Assembly (NCBI GenBank): GCA_043228905.1
Contig: JBHGNT010000003.1
Coordinates: forward strand, 14,818,001 to 14,882,000
Source: Azolla caroliniana
Lineage: Eukaryota > Plantae > Polypodiophyta
Direction of reading: 5' to 3'
DNA: 64,000 nucleotides
A program made the translations under genes and the position numbers. The notes beneath the pieces are model-generated. The model was not told the DNA's origin. It worked only from the letters and a program-made list of their open reading frames with translations, and did no database searches. Positions 49,611-61,708 of this stretch are shown in pieces (positions within the stretch are counted from its first letter, which is position 1; every line of letters starts with the position of its first letter).

Positions 49611-52600
49611 TGTTGAGCGGCAAGCTCAACCGGAGCCGGATCGGCTGAATAAGCCGGAGCCGGTAAGCGAGACGGATCGGGCGAAACGGATCGGTATGAC
49701 GGTGAGCAACCGAACCGGCAAGCAGTGGAGGCCGGGTGCAATCCGTAACCGGAAGTCCAATCGGAAGCCTAGTATAGGATAGACTACTAGGTAGCTATAG
49801 TCTCGTAGTAAGTGTCAGATGCTCATGTGAGCATTGAAGTACATGGTACTTCTGTCAGTCCCAAGAGGACTTGTATAAATAGTGCCACTTAGCACAGAGT
49901 GCACACAGTGTCTTGATATAATTTTGAAATTGTGTTCTGCTCTCTCTCGCTCTCTCTCTTTGTTGTTCTCTGATTTACGCTTCCGCAAACACTTACGTTT
50001 ACATGGTATCAGAGCGCGAGGGTTGAGAACCTCTGCTGCAGACATTTACTCTTGAGAAGAAAACCCTAACAGGTCGAAAACAGACACAGTAGAAGACATG
50101 GATAGAGGCATGGCTACGTCGCTCCCAGTGGAGAAGCTCGACAGGAGCAACTACGCATCCTGGTCTTACAAGATGCACCAGTACCTGCTTGGACACAGGT
50201 ACTGGAGTTATGTCGAAGGAGTGAATGATGCGGCGCCCGACTCGGCACACAAGGACTTCTCGGTATGGGAACAGGCGGCAAGCAGGGTGATGTACTGCTT
50301 CGCGTCCAGTGTCGGCGATTAGCTGCTCAGCCACATCCGTGATGCCAAGACACCGAAGGATGCTTGGGGGAACCTGAAAAAGGTTTTCGCCGCAAGCACC
50401 ATTGCCCGGAAGCTGCAAGTCAGACAGGAGTTGAGCAATGTTCGACAGAAGAACATGTCCGTGGCAGACTACACGGGCCGGATAAAGGAGATCTGCAACT
50501 CGCTCGCCTTTATCAATGTTACCGTAGAGGAAGACGAGATGGTGCAGGTATGTCTCGGAGGCCTGGCGTCCAAGTTCGGAGCGTTCCGGAGTGCGATGTG
50601 TACAAGGGAGAATACCCCCTCATTCTTCGACTTACAGTCGATGCTCCTTGTAGAGGAGAACCACGCCGGTGCATCTACCAGTGCATCCCCGGACAACCGA
50701 ATGCTGTACACGGGAACGGATCGGCTCCGTGGGCGTGGTGGAAGAGGTGGGTCGGCACGCAATGGAGGCGGCCGGCAAGAGCAGGAACGGAGGCACTATG
50801 AGCGTGCCAACAGCAGTTCCGGGACTTCCACAAGCAGGGGGAGTCAAGGCGGTGCTGGAGGCCGGCAAGACAAATCCGCTACGGAATGCTGGTATTGTGG
50901 CAAAAAAGGCCACAGGGAAAGCGAGTGCTGGAGAAAGCGTGCCGATTCGGACAAATTCGGATCCGGCAAGACCGGTAAGGATGGCCGGCAAAACTCACAC
51001 TACGCAAACGGATCAGGAGGATCCGGAACCGGAAAGGCCGGTAAGGGGCCAGCCTTGGTGATGAATCACAAGGCAAACTCAATGAAGAAGACCACTTCCA
51101 AAACGGAGGAAGTGTGGTATGTTGATTCCGGCGCATCGAACCACATGACGAGCCACAAAGAGTGGTTCTCCTTTCTGGAGAAATCAGATCAACCAGGAGT
51201 AGTCGAAACCGGAGACGACACTCCTCACCCAATCGTGCACGTCGGAGAAGTCCCTCTAAGCCACGTCGGACAGAAAGGGAAGCTGATGAACGTATTACAC
51301 GTTCCGACAATCACGAAGAACCTGGTGTTCGTCGGTCAGATTGTCGACCAGGGGATGCAGGTGCGGTTTACGCACCTCGGGTGCTTCATTGAGGATGAGA
51401 GCGAAGTCATTGCGCAAGGGCGCAGAGACGGGAGGATGTTTATCCTCAACACCAATGACTTTGGCACCGCTCTGTTCGCGAAACGACAGAAGGTCATCTC
51501 GGACATCGACCTGTGGCACAAGCGGATAGGCCACGTCAACTACCGGAGGCTTCAAGACCTGCAAACGAAACAAGTCGTTTTCGGTTTGCCGAAGTTCAGC
51601 GGCCGGAGAGCCGAAATTTGTGAAGCTTGCCAACTTGGGAAGCAACACCGGCTTCCATTCCCCACCGAACGGAACCGGAGCCGTAACAAGCTCGATTTCA
51701 TCCATTCGGATGTGTGGGGACCAGCACAAAGTGTAAGCCTTGGCGGGAGCCGATACTTCGTCTCCTTCATCGATGACTATACTCGATATACTTGGATCTA
51801 CCTCATTGAGCGGAAGAGCGAAGTCTTCGACTATTTCCGGAGCCTCCAGAAGATGGTGGAACGGGAATCGGAGAGGAAGATCAAATGCCTTCGGTCGGAT
51901 GGCGGAAAGGAATATTTTTCCAGCCAATTCACTAGTTATCTGCAGCAGAAGGGAATTCGGCGAGAGTTCAGCTGCAGATACACACTGGAGCAAAACGATG
52001 TGGCCGAAAGGAAGAACCGGACACTCGTCGAAGCGGCAAGGGCAATGCTGGAGGAGAAGAGCATGCCCCGGTTCTACTGGGTGGAGGCGGTCCGGATGGC
52101 CGTCTACATACAAAACCGCATTGGTGACAAGGTGTCAGCTCATGAGCTGTATTTCGGGCGCAAGCCGAACTTAAGACACCTTCGGATATTCGGCAACATA
52201 ACGTATGTGCATGTGCCGGATCCAAAGCGGAGAAAGCTTGATGCAAAATCGGAAAAATGTATCCTAGTTGGCTATGCTCAAGAGCAAAAGGGGTATAAGT
52301 GCTATAACCCCCGGACGAAGGAAATCTGAGTTAGCCGGGATGTCGAGTTCGATGAATCGACATCTTGGTACTCCGTACCAACTCCGACTTCCGATCCCGA
52401 CCCAATGCCGGAAGATCAGGCCAGTGAGCCTGAATCAGCCCTAGCAGAGGATGATGAAGCCGGGACTCAAGATGAGAGTCCGGAATCGTTACGGTTGAGT
52501 GGACCGAACGAGTGATTGAGTCGGTTGGACCAGTCGGATGAAGAGACGGCAAGTGGTGGAGACTCTGCCGTGCTCTCCCCGCGCAAGGAACCGAGGAAAC

Positions 52601-55539
52601 GGTTCACGCGCAAAGAGAAGGGGAAGAGGAAGATGCCGGAATTCGAAACCGGCAACGATGAGTCGGATCGGTGCGTATCCGACTCCGGAAAGGAGAAAGG
52701 CAGATCTTCGGCAACGAAGACCGAACTAGCCAAGAAGGGCCTCAAATCAGGTGACGGTGCGTTGCGCCGATCAACCCGCCAGAAGGATCCCGTCATGTGG
52801 TACGGGTACAATGAATACATGGCGCATCATTATGCGTACATGACTAAGGTGACAGAAGTGCATGAGCCGGAGAGCTACGCAGAAGCGGCAAAGGACGCAA
52901 ATTGGCGTGCCGCTATGGACGAAGAAATGCGGGCACTCGATGCCAACGAAACTTGGGACCTAGTTGATCCTCCCCGTCACTGTAAACCGATCGGATGCAA
53001 GTGGGTGTACAAGGTCAAGTACAACGCCGACGGTTCTGTTAACCGGTACAAAGCCCGGTTAGTGGCAAAGGGATACGCGCAGACCCACGGAATCGACTAC
53101 GACGAGACCTTCGCTCCTGTGGTGAAGATGACAACGGTTCGTGTGGTACTGGCGATTGCTGCGGCAAGGGGGTGGCATCTTCACCAGATGGATGTGAAGA
53201 ACGCCTTCCTTCAAGGAGAGCTTGAAGAAGAAGTCTTTATGACTCAGCCCCCCGGATTTCAATCGGAGATGAACAAGTTGGCGGTATGCCGACTGAAGAA
53301 GTCGCTTTACGGCTTGAAGCAAGCCCCCCGAGCTTGGAACGCGAAGATCACACACCGGTTGCGTAAGATGGGGTTTTTTGTCTCTAAGTCGGACTCTTCG
53401 TTGTTCATCCGGCAAGGCTCTGACGGTTCGGTATGTATACTCTTGTATGTGGATGATTTAGTCATCACCGGACCGGGTCTTCCCGAAATCAACCGCGTCA
53501 AGTCCCAGTTGTCGGACACATTCGAAATGAAGGACCTGGGGGACCTTCATTATTTTCTTGGGATCGAAGTGATCCAGACCCCCGATGGCATATTGTTCTC
53601 ACAATGACATTACATGTTGAATATGCTGTATAAGTTCGGCATGACGGATTGCCGACCTGTCTCCACACCCCTGGACCGGAACCAGAAGCTCCGTCCCAAC
53701 TCCGGACCGGCCTGCAATGAGAAACGGTTCCGACAGGTTGTCGGAAGCCTGATCTACTTAACCATCACCCGACCCGACATCAGCTATCTGGTCGGCATGG
53801 TAAGTCAGTTCATGCAAAAGCCGACCGTGGAGCACCTTCAGTGCGCGCAACGAATATTACGGTATGTCAGCGGCACTAAGGACCAGGGACTGCTATACCG
53901 ACAAGGTATACCCGAAGAGCTTGTCGGTTACACAGATGCTGACTGGGCCGGCGATGCGTCTTATCGCCGCTCCACTTCCGGATACATGTTCTCCATAGGT
54001 AACGCGGCCGTTGCGTGGAGCAGCAAGAAGCAGCCCACAGTGGCTTTGTCAAGCACTGAGGCTGAGTACCGGGCCGCTACCGTTGCCACTTGTGAAGCCA
54101 TCTGGCTTCGGCGACTGCTGCGAGACCTGCGGATCGAGGTACCGACCCCGATCCCGATTTACTGCGATAACATGAGCAGCCTGCAGCTCGCCAGGAACCC
54201 TGTGTTCCATGCACGCACAAAGCACATCGAGGTGCACTACCACTTCGTGCATGAGTGGTTCTTGAGCGGTGAAGTTGACCTACGGTATGTTCATACGGAT
54301 CGGCAAGTTGCCAACATCTTCACCAAGCCGCTCGGATCGGACAAGTTGCAGCACTTTATCGACATGCTTGCTATTCAACATCTCGACGTGCCGCACTTGA
54401 GGGGGAGAAGCAACGGCAAAGTCTCTACCGAAACGGGCAAAGGCCAAGAAACTATTGAACCCGTCGGTAAGAGGAGAGCCGGAAGAAGAGGAGACAAGAA
54501 GATGAAGGAAGCCGAGTCGACAAAGGAAGTCGACACATCCGAACAGGTCGGAGCAAGCGGCTGTGAAGAAGAGTTGTGCACTCAGGAAGAGAAGTGCATG
54601 TTGTGCGGAGGTCATCACGACGGTACTGACCATGATGCGGAGTCGAATGAAGAATTCGATTTCGGTTCACCAGCTGAAGAAGCCGAGGGAAGCATGGAGA
54701 AGGCCAAGACTCGGAAGTGGTCCGATGTGGTGAGAGGCCTGAAGCCGGAAGTCGAATCGGAGTGTACCGATTCGGACAAGAGCTGGGACGAGTCGGAGAC
54801 AGCTGACTTGGATCAACAGATGGATCTGGATGAGTCGGATCGACTGAAGGCCAAGGGGACACGGACACAGCGGAAGTCGATGCCATCGTGGGAAAACCGA
54901 CGGATCGGCAAGCGCCGGAGTCACAGCAACGTGAGTGCTAAGATGGGCCTATTGAGCAGACATGCCGACCGAGAGGGTCGAGGCGCGCAGAACCAAAGGG
55001 GTCGCGGCAAACGGGACCGGACCGGACGAGGAGCGCGAGCAAGGCGGAGTGACGCCAGGAGAAGTCGGTTGGAAGAACCGACTGCCATAGAGGTCGACAC
55101 TACGACCCCACCTCAGGTTGAGCTTGAGGGGGAGTGTTGAGCGGCAAGCTCAACCGGAGCCGGATCGGCTGAATAAGCCGGAGCTAGTAAGCGAGACGGA
55201 TCGGGTGAAACGGATCAGTATGACGGTGAGCAACCGAACCGGCAAGCAGTGGAGGCCGGGTGCAATCCGTAACCGGAAGTCCAATCGGAAGCCTAGTATA
55301 GGATAGACTACTAAATAGCTATAGTCTCGTAGTAAGTGTCAGATGCTCGTGTGAGCATTGAAGTACATGGTACTTTTGTCAGTCCCAAGATGACTTGTAT
55401 AAATAGTGCTACTTAGCACAGAGTGCACACCGTGTCTTGATATAATTTTGAAATTGTGTTCTGCTCTCTCTCTGTCTCTGTCTCTCTCTCTCTCTGTGTT
55501 GTTCTCTGTTTTACGCTTCTGCAAACACTTACGTTTACA
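49611..55539 (+). mobile_element. Near-intact Ty1/copia element (copy 5); LTRs 49611-50003 and 55135-55539
   Basis: TSD TAAAT; PBS at 50004; PPT ending at 55134; all domains present. Confidence 0.95.
50098..55140 (+). pseudogene. Copia gag-pol in a single frame with four premature stops and a ~245-aa C-terminal extension
   Basis: ORFs starting at 50098, 50431, 52516 and 53614 share one frame; stops at 50320, 52327, 52513 and 53605. Confidence 0.9.
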
Positions 55540-58500
55540 TAAATCTACGTGGAAAGAGTTTGAAAATGTCCAAAAACATTTTCTTACAAAGTTTCTACAA
55601 GTTAAGAAACAAACACCCTACACCCCCCTCCTCCCTGAGGCGGGATCGCTTCCCATTGAGATCATGGCCATGGAAAGGGTTGTTCAATACATGCTTAAGG
55701 TTCAAAAAAGTCCCTCGCATCGACTTCCTAGAATTGAATGGAAGGCAAGCAAAGAGATCCAAAAGACGCATAAAATCAAAATTTTGTGTTTCGGTTGGAT
55801 GAGTGTATAGAAAAATGGTTTGGTAGATGGGATGCAAGACACTTGCTTCATGATGCATCACTAGATTCCTCAATAAAGGAGGGCTTTTTGCAACGCCAAC
55901 GTATCATGACATGGGACAAATGTGGAGACTCACGCTTCACGCTTCACACATTATACCACACATGTTGCACCTAACTACGAAACCATATTCTTTGCGGAAC
56001 GGGGAAACCTTACACATCGATACATGTTAGAGCCCATCCCGTTATCTGCCATTCGAACCATTGGTTCCATGCGACTTAGCTCACATGCATTGCGATGTGA
56101 GACGGGGCGTTGGGGCACAAGTGATGAAGGTGGCCAACTATGTACACTTTGCCCTAAACAAGTTCGAGAGTCTAAGTATCACACTTTGATACAATGCTCT
56201 ACCTTTGATCATATTCGACCATGCTTTCCACATCTCTTCGACCGGGCCCAATCCTTGCACGAATTTCTCTCATAACCACAATGTGCACTCTCGATTGCAA
56301 CATTCATTGGTAAAGTTCTTGAACATCGAGAATCGCTACTCACTTTCGCACGTATCACGTGAAATGTAATATTTGTGGTCTCATAGATCATATTTGACCT
56401 CCGAAGACGATAATATAATCTATCTATATATTTATCTCTCTCTCTACTAAGTGTTTGTGTTTGTGCTTGTGTCTATGTCTCTACATATTCTATTCATGCC
56501 CATGCTTGTGTCTACGTGTGTGCGTGTGTCTGTGTTTGTGCCCACATTCGTGTCCATTTCTCTTTATGTGTACGTGTGTGTCTGTGTTGTGCTAGTTAAA
56601 AAGGAGTATGCGTGTTCTTGTGAAAGGCAATGAATTTTGTTTTCAACCGTCAAGGTTAGGAGATGAATCTATAAAGCTTGAAAGAGGACATTGTTCTTGA
56701 TCTTGAACTAATAACATGATAATAGGCTGTGAAAAGTGAAATGTTTAAGCCTTATGATGGGGAAAAAAGTGTTATTAAAACCAAAAACATGAATGCACTT
56801 TTATTGTTTTGTACATTAGATGTGTTGATAAAGTTTGAGAGTATCAAATTGAAACAAAAAATACGTCTAACAACAATTATAAGAGTTGAGACTTGAACCC
56901 ATGATTCAAACAAAGTGCAAGTTCTACCCCATGTAAGTCTTTCTATTTGGCATTAGAGGAGAAATTTGAAAAAACAATACCACATGCATGATATGAGTCA
57001 CCTCTCAACCATCCAACATTTAGTCATCTTCCCCTGTGCTATGGCCTTTTCCCTAGGTTCCCCATGTGGCTATTTCTTATGAGGTATGAATACTGTTTGG
57101 ACTACTTTCGTCCTCACAAATTGTGGAATTATTAGGGGTCTTGTTGATACTTTCCACTCTTCATATATTTGTTTGTCATATGGTAAAAAGCATGTTTAAT
57201 ATGGAATTATGACACAATGCAAACTTGTGTCAATTGTAAATCTATGAATGTGTTGTTATTGATGTTAGGAGAAAGATGATCTTATTAGGTTTGGCTAACA
57301 ACAAAATCACATGGCGTGCTATTTGTTTCTTGTGAATGCATGATTGAGCTAAGAACAAAATGCAACGAACAATGGTAGCCCAAGTCATGGGTGAGCAAAA
57401 ATTTGGACTTCCTCATCCACCAATGACGCATATATGGAACTTGAAATTAGGTCTTGCAAGTCCTTTATTGATAAACAAAATCAACGATATTAGATTTGTA
57501 CATAATTACATTCTTGCATGTAGTCAAAAAACTGATATTCGATTCTTACATTCTTGTATGCCATCAAGAACAATTCATAGTCAGTCATGGGTCCATCAAC
57601 AAAAGTATTTATGTTGTAATATAAATATCAAATCATATTACTTAATAGAATCTTTATTGGACCCTATTAGTATGAATGCTTTGAAAATGACATTTTCGAA
57701 TTGATTATCTGACATAATAAAAGTTATGAAAGCATCCACGTATTCAAGAAATTTCACTACACAATCATGAGGATCAAACATACTCCCTTTATTGATCCAA
57801 TTTTGCTTATCTTAGTCAAATATTATCCTTGGTAAATTTGGTTACAATGAAACCAGTAAAAAGAGATTTTATTTATGGGATTTAAATTTGAGTAGATTCT
57901 ACTCCTCTACAATCTTTCAAATATGTAATTCAATTTTATGATGGTCTTTGGTTTGTTTCCCCGATAAAAAATCCAATAATATCATAATCTCCAAAATAAA
58001 CCCAATCGTGTCATCCATGTAGTTTGTAGAAAATGATTGGTTCATACCATAAGATCATCCAACCAGACTCATCTTAATAACATCTATAACTCTTTTAATT
58101 TAAGTTCTATTTTTACTTTATATTATTTTAGTTCTGATGATTGGATAAATACCAATTTTGTTGTAAACCAAGTGTCTCATGGGCCAATTTTGGCCTTAAG
58201 AAGACGTTAATATATCTTTCTTTCTTTCTTTCTGTTAATGCTATCATAATGTCATGCTTCAGAATTTGATTCTTTATGTTCATATTTATATAATTTTAAC
58301 CACAACAATCCACTTCATAGTTGGTTTTCTCATAATGGGGTTTCAACTCTCAATCATACTTGTACTTGTACCACATTAATGAATGATACCACATGATGGA
58401 TAAGGTTCATCCCGGGAGTTTATATTGATACAATATTAATGAATGATATGATACAAAACATATAAGGTCCATCTGGAATTTCTTTTCTCTTAGCCTAGGA

Positions 58501-58874
58501 TTCGCTTAGTTGTGGCAAACCAAGAGTGGGTGTGCAAATTAAGCTCATGACCTTTCTGGCTTAGAAGAATATGAACTAATCTACAAACCTCCCTATAGCA
58601 CTGACATCGGTTTGGAAGAAACAAATTTTTCAAAAGCATATTCTCACCTTACACCAAACTAGTGAATTAATTCCCCCCTTGATTCGACCTTGTTCACAAT
58701 GTTATTTACAAGATTTGAAACCATCAATGTCTTCTTTTTGAAGGTGCAAAGACCTTTATATAGCCTCCATCTTGAGAATGGCATCACATCAATTGAAGTC
58801 CACAACCCATCGTTGAACAACTTCAACAACTGACATCAATTCTTTTGACATTCTCCTGCATTCTTTCTAATAGC

Positions 58875-61208
58875 CTAGATGTTTTCAGCATCTTCTTGCA
58901 TGCCATCCATAGCATAAAGGTTAACCATACATACATATGCTGCAACATCATTGCTATCTAGTTGCACGGCATTTCTAAATGCAAATTTCCCAAGTTTCAC
59001 ATTTCCCCATATCCGGCATGCACATAGAAGTGCACTCCAAACCGGAGAATAATCAGTAGAGGGCATCTTTCTAATCACGTCCATTGCTAGGTTAAAGTGT
59101 CCAGCCCGACCAAAAAGGTCTACCATGCAAGTATGATGCTCTGGTCCTGGAATAATCCCATACATCTTGCTCATACTTGCAAAGTAAACTTGACCCTCAT
59201 TCACTAGACCCTCATGATTACACGCGCTCAATACAGAAAGGAAAGTTATGGCATTCGGTCGTATGCCATCATGTTGCATCTTCTCGTAACAAGTTAGAAC
59301 CTTTTCACATTGTCCATTGAAAGCATATCCGGACATTAGTGTGGACCATGATACTATATCTCGAAAAAGAAGCTCGTCGACTACTTGTTGTGCCTTCTCC
59401 AGAAGGCCACATTTAGCATACATATCCACCAAAGCATTGCCGAGTGGAATATTATTATTTTCTAATAGCAAACCCCTTCTGAGAATCTCCACATGGATTT
59501 GCTTTCCTTTGCCAATTTCTCCACTGGTCCCACAAGCCTTTAACATGCTAGAGAAAGTGATTGCATCTGGAGAGAGAGACTCTTGTCGCATCCTTTGAAA
59601 AGAATTCAATGCATACTCACTGTGCCCATCTTGAACATACCCTGCTATCAATGCATTCCAAGCAACAACATCACGTACAGGAAGCTCATCAAGAACTTGT
59701 TGTGCTCGTGCCATTGCACCACATTTCACATACAGATCCATCAAAGCCGTAGCAAGCATAACATTGCTTCCTAAATAACAACCTTCAGCAACGACCTCAT
59801 CATGGATAAGTTTTCCCTTGTCAAAAGCTCCTATGCTACAACAGCCCTTCAAGATGCAAGAAAAAGTGGTCGCATTAGGAGAGATCCCCTCTCTTTGCAT
59901 CCTTTCGAAACAATTTAATGCTTCCTCCCCCTGCAACCTATGCACATATCCAGCTATTAATGCATTCCAACATATCACATTCCGCACTGGAAGTCCATCG
60001 AGCAACTGTTGTGCTTTGTTTAATGCACCACATTTGGCATATGTATCCACCAATGCGGTACCAATCGCAATATCTGTCACCGTAAATATCTTGCCTGTAA
60101 TCTTGACATGAATCTGTTTAGCTTTATTAAGTGCCCTGGAGCTGCCACATGCCTTCAAGATGTTTGGGAAAGTGACCATATCCGGAGAGAGACCATCACA
60201 TTGCATCCTATGGAAACAATTTAGTGCATCTTCACAGAGTTCCAGGTGAGTATATCCAGTAATTAATGCATTCCACAATACGACTGACCTAACTGACAGC
60301 CCATCAAACACTTTTTGTGCTTTTTGTAGTGCACCACATTTAGCGTACATGTCCACTAAAGCAGTATTGAGCACAATGTTATCTTGCAAAATCCCATTAT
60401 CAACGATATGATCATGAATTTCGATGCCCTTGTCAAGAGACATCGTGATTCCACAAGCCTTCAATACGGATGAGAAAGTGATGGCATCAGGAGAAATACT
60501 CTCATCTCTCATTAATCTGAAACATTTCAAAGCTTCTTCGCCCATCCCTTGCTGAGTATATCCAGCAATAAGCGTGGACCAAGTGACAACATTTCGAACC
60601 TGAAGCCCTATAAGCACTTCCCAAGCTTTTCCCAATGCACCACACTTAGCATACATGTTCACCAAAGCATTTCCCAGCTCAATATGCTTTTCCAAAAGGC
60701 CTTTTCTCACAATCTCATCATGAATTTCTTTACCCTTGTCAACATCTGATAGGCTTATGCATGCCTTGAGAATGCAAAGGAAAGTAACAATATCTGGAGA
60801 AATGCCATGATGTTGCATGTATTGAAAGCATTTCAATGCTTCTTCACCTTTGCCTTGTTTTGCATATCCTGAAATCAATGCATTCCAAACGACTACATTC
60901 TGAATAGGAAGCTTTTCTATCACATCTTTAGCTTTTTCGAATGCACAACATTGCACGTACATATTGATCAAACAACATGCCACATAAGGGTTCTTCTTAA
61001 AGAAATCCTTGTTGCTGATTAAAGCATGGATTTTTGTACCTTTACAAAGATCTTTCTCTTTAGCACATGCTTTAAGCATATCCATATAAACCGTATCTTC
61101 CTGCTTCTTTTCATGTCTATGACCATGGCCAGATCTACTACTGATGAGAATCTCTTTCACATTTGTACATGATGATTTCCCTGTTCTCTTCAACATTAAT
61201 ACCACCAC
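58875..61208 (-). CDS. PLS-class pentatricopeptide repeat protein with a short/truncated E domain and no DYW (organellar RNA-editing-factor type); start uncertain
   Basis: Repeated P-L-S triplets (NALVNMYAKCG / VTWSTLIAGY / ITFSSVLKAC), then HHTCMVDLFGRAG and VWSALLCACRIWGN..AAYVCMVNLY. Confidence 0.92.
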   Translation of the reverse strand: MVVLMLKRTGKSSCTNVKEILISSRSGHGHRHEKKQEDTVYMDMLKACAKEKDLCKGTKIHALISNKDFFKKNPYVACCLINMYVQCCAFEKAKDVIEKLPIQNVVVWNALISGYAKQGKGEEALKCFQYMQHHGISPDIVTFLCILKACISLSDVDKGKEIHDEIVRKGLLEKHIELGNALVNMYAKCGALGKAWEVLIGLQVRNVVTWSTLIAGYTQQGMGEEALKCFRLMRDESISPDAITFSSVLKACGITMSLDKGIEIHDHIVDNGILQDNIVLNTALVDMYAKCGALQKAQKVFDGLSVRSVVLWNALITGYTHLELCEDALNCFHRMQCDGLSPDMVTFPNILKACGSSRALNKAKQIHVKITGKIFTVTDIAIGTALVDTYAKCGALNKAQQLLDGLPVRNVICWNALIAGYVHRLQGEEALNCFERMQREGISPNATTFSCILKGCCSIGAFDKGKLIHDEVVAEGCYLGSNVMLATALMDLYVKCGAMARAQQVLDELPVRDVVAWNALIAGYVQDGHSEYALNSFQRMRQESLSPDAITFSSMLKACGTSGEIGKGKQIHVEILRRGLLLENNNIPLGNALVDMYAKCGLLEKAQQVVDELLFRDIVSWSTLMSGYAFNGQCEKVLTCYEKMQHDGIRPNAITFLSVLSACNHEGLVNEGQVYFASMSKMYGIIPGPEHHTCMVDLFGRAGHFNLAMDVIRKMPSTDYSPVWSALLCACRIWGNVKLGKFAFRNAVQLDSNDVAAYVCMVNLYAMDGMQEDAENI

Positions 61209-61708
61209 ATTATCAGTAATTCGTCTGTGTTCACCATCACCATGGCATCAGACTGTAAACCCATAAAGATTTCACTGAGTAGTAGTTGAGGTTTGTGTAT
61301 ATGCCTTCATCTCTGGAGCGATTCGTGTTCCATAAGACGAAGAAGAATCTCTTGTCATATGCTTTAGTTTGAACTGTGACATTAATACACAGAGAGGCAG
61401 AGGACACGTGAGCACCAAGTCCATGCATCATCTTGGCCAAACTATAGTCTGCCGACCTCCCACTCACTTGCACAGAGAGAGAGAGAGAGAGTGGGGAAAA
61501 CGCAAAGTTTGGGAGATGTTGGAGAAGGAAAAACACTATTTTTTATGTATCTTCTTGCTACGGTGTCCGTTTCCTTTGTTCTTTGGCTTGTTTCGAAGCT
61601 TGCGCGGAGAGCTTTCTAAAGAGTATCTGCACGTATCATTTGGGAGTCTTCGTAGAACGCTACGAGTAAAAATTCAAATCGGTTGCATGCATCTCATGAT
61701 CGCTTGCT

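Larger units (their letters stand above)
13639..56420 (+). mobile_element. Full-length decayed APE-type LINE (RTEX-like), split into 13639-16365, 22396-23075, 49341-49610 and 55540-56420 by three copia insertions
   Basis: ORF1: coiled-coil plus ERERRAKNIVTCGIKEE. ORF2 in order: WNCNG, GDMNA, IDYVL, KWFDKEC, KGGDVNNV|NNYQTIMVG, DFKKAFD, GVKQGCPLSPTLF, LLYADD, KSQKRD|KPCII..FKYLG, GVSIPK|STWKEFE, LRCETGRW..CTLC..YHTLIQC. Each break carries a TSD. The clade call is from motif recall. Confidence 0.85.

Noticed and set aside
52513-52515. Programmed read-through stop between IN and RT (shared with copy 4)
   Set aside because: Copy 3 has a sense codon here, and CGA-to-TGA is a recurrent mutation hotspot.
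54408-55140. env-like gene
   Set aside because: No hydrophobic or transmembrane segment, and it is in frame with pol rather than a separate ORF.
56450-58800. Short ORFs such as 57360-57704 in AT-rich DNA
   Set aside because: No motifs or splice-consistent structure; treated as intergenic or old TE debris.
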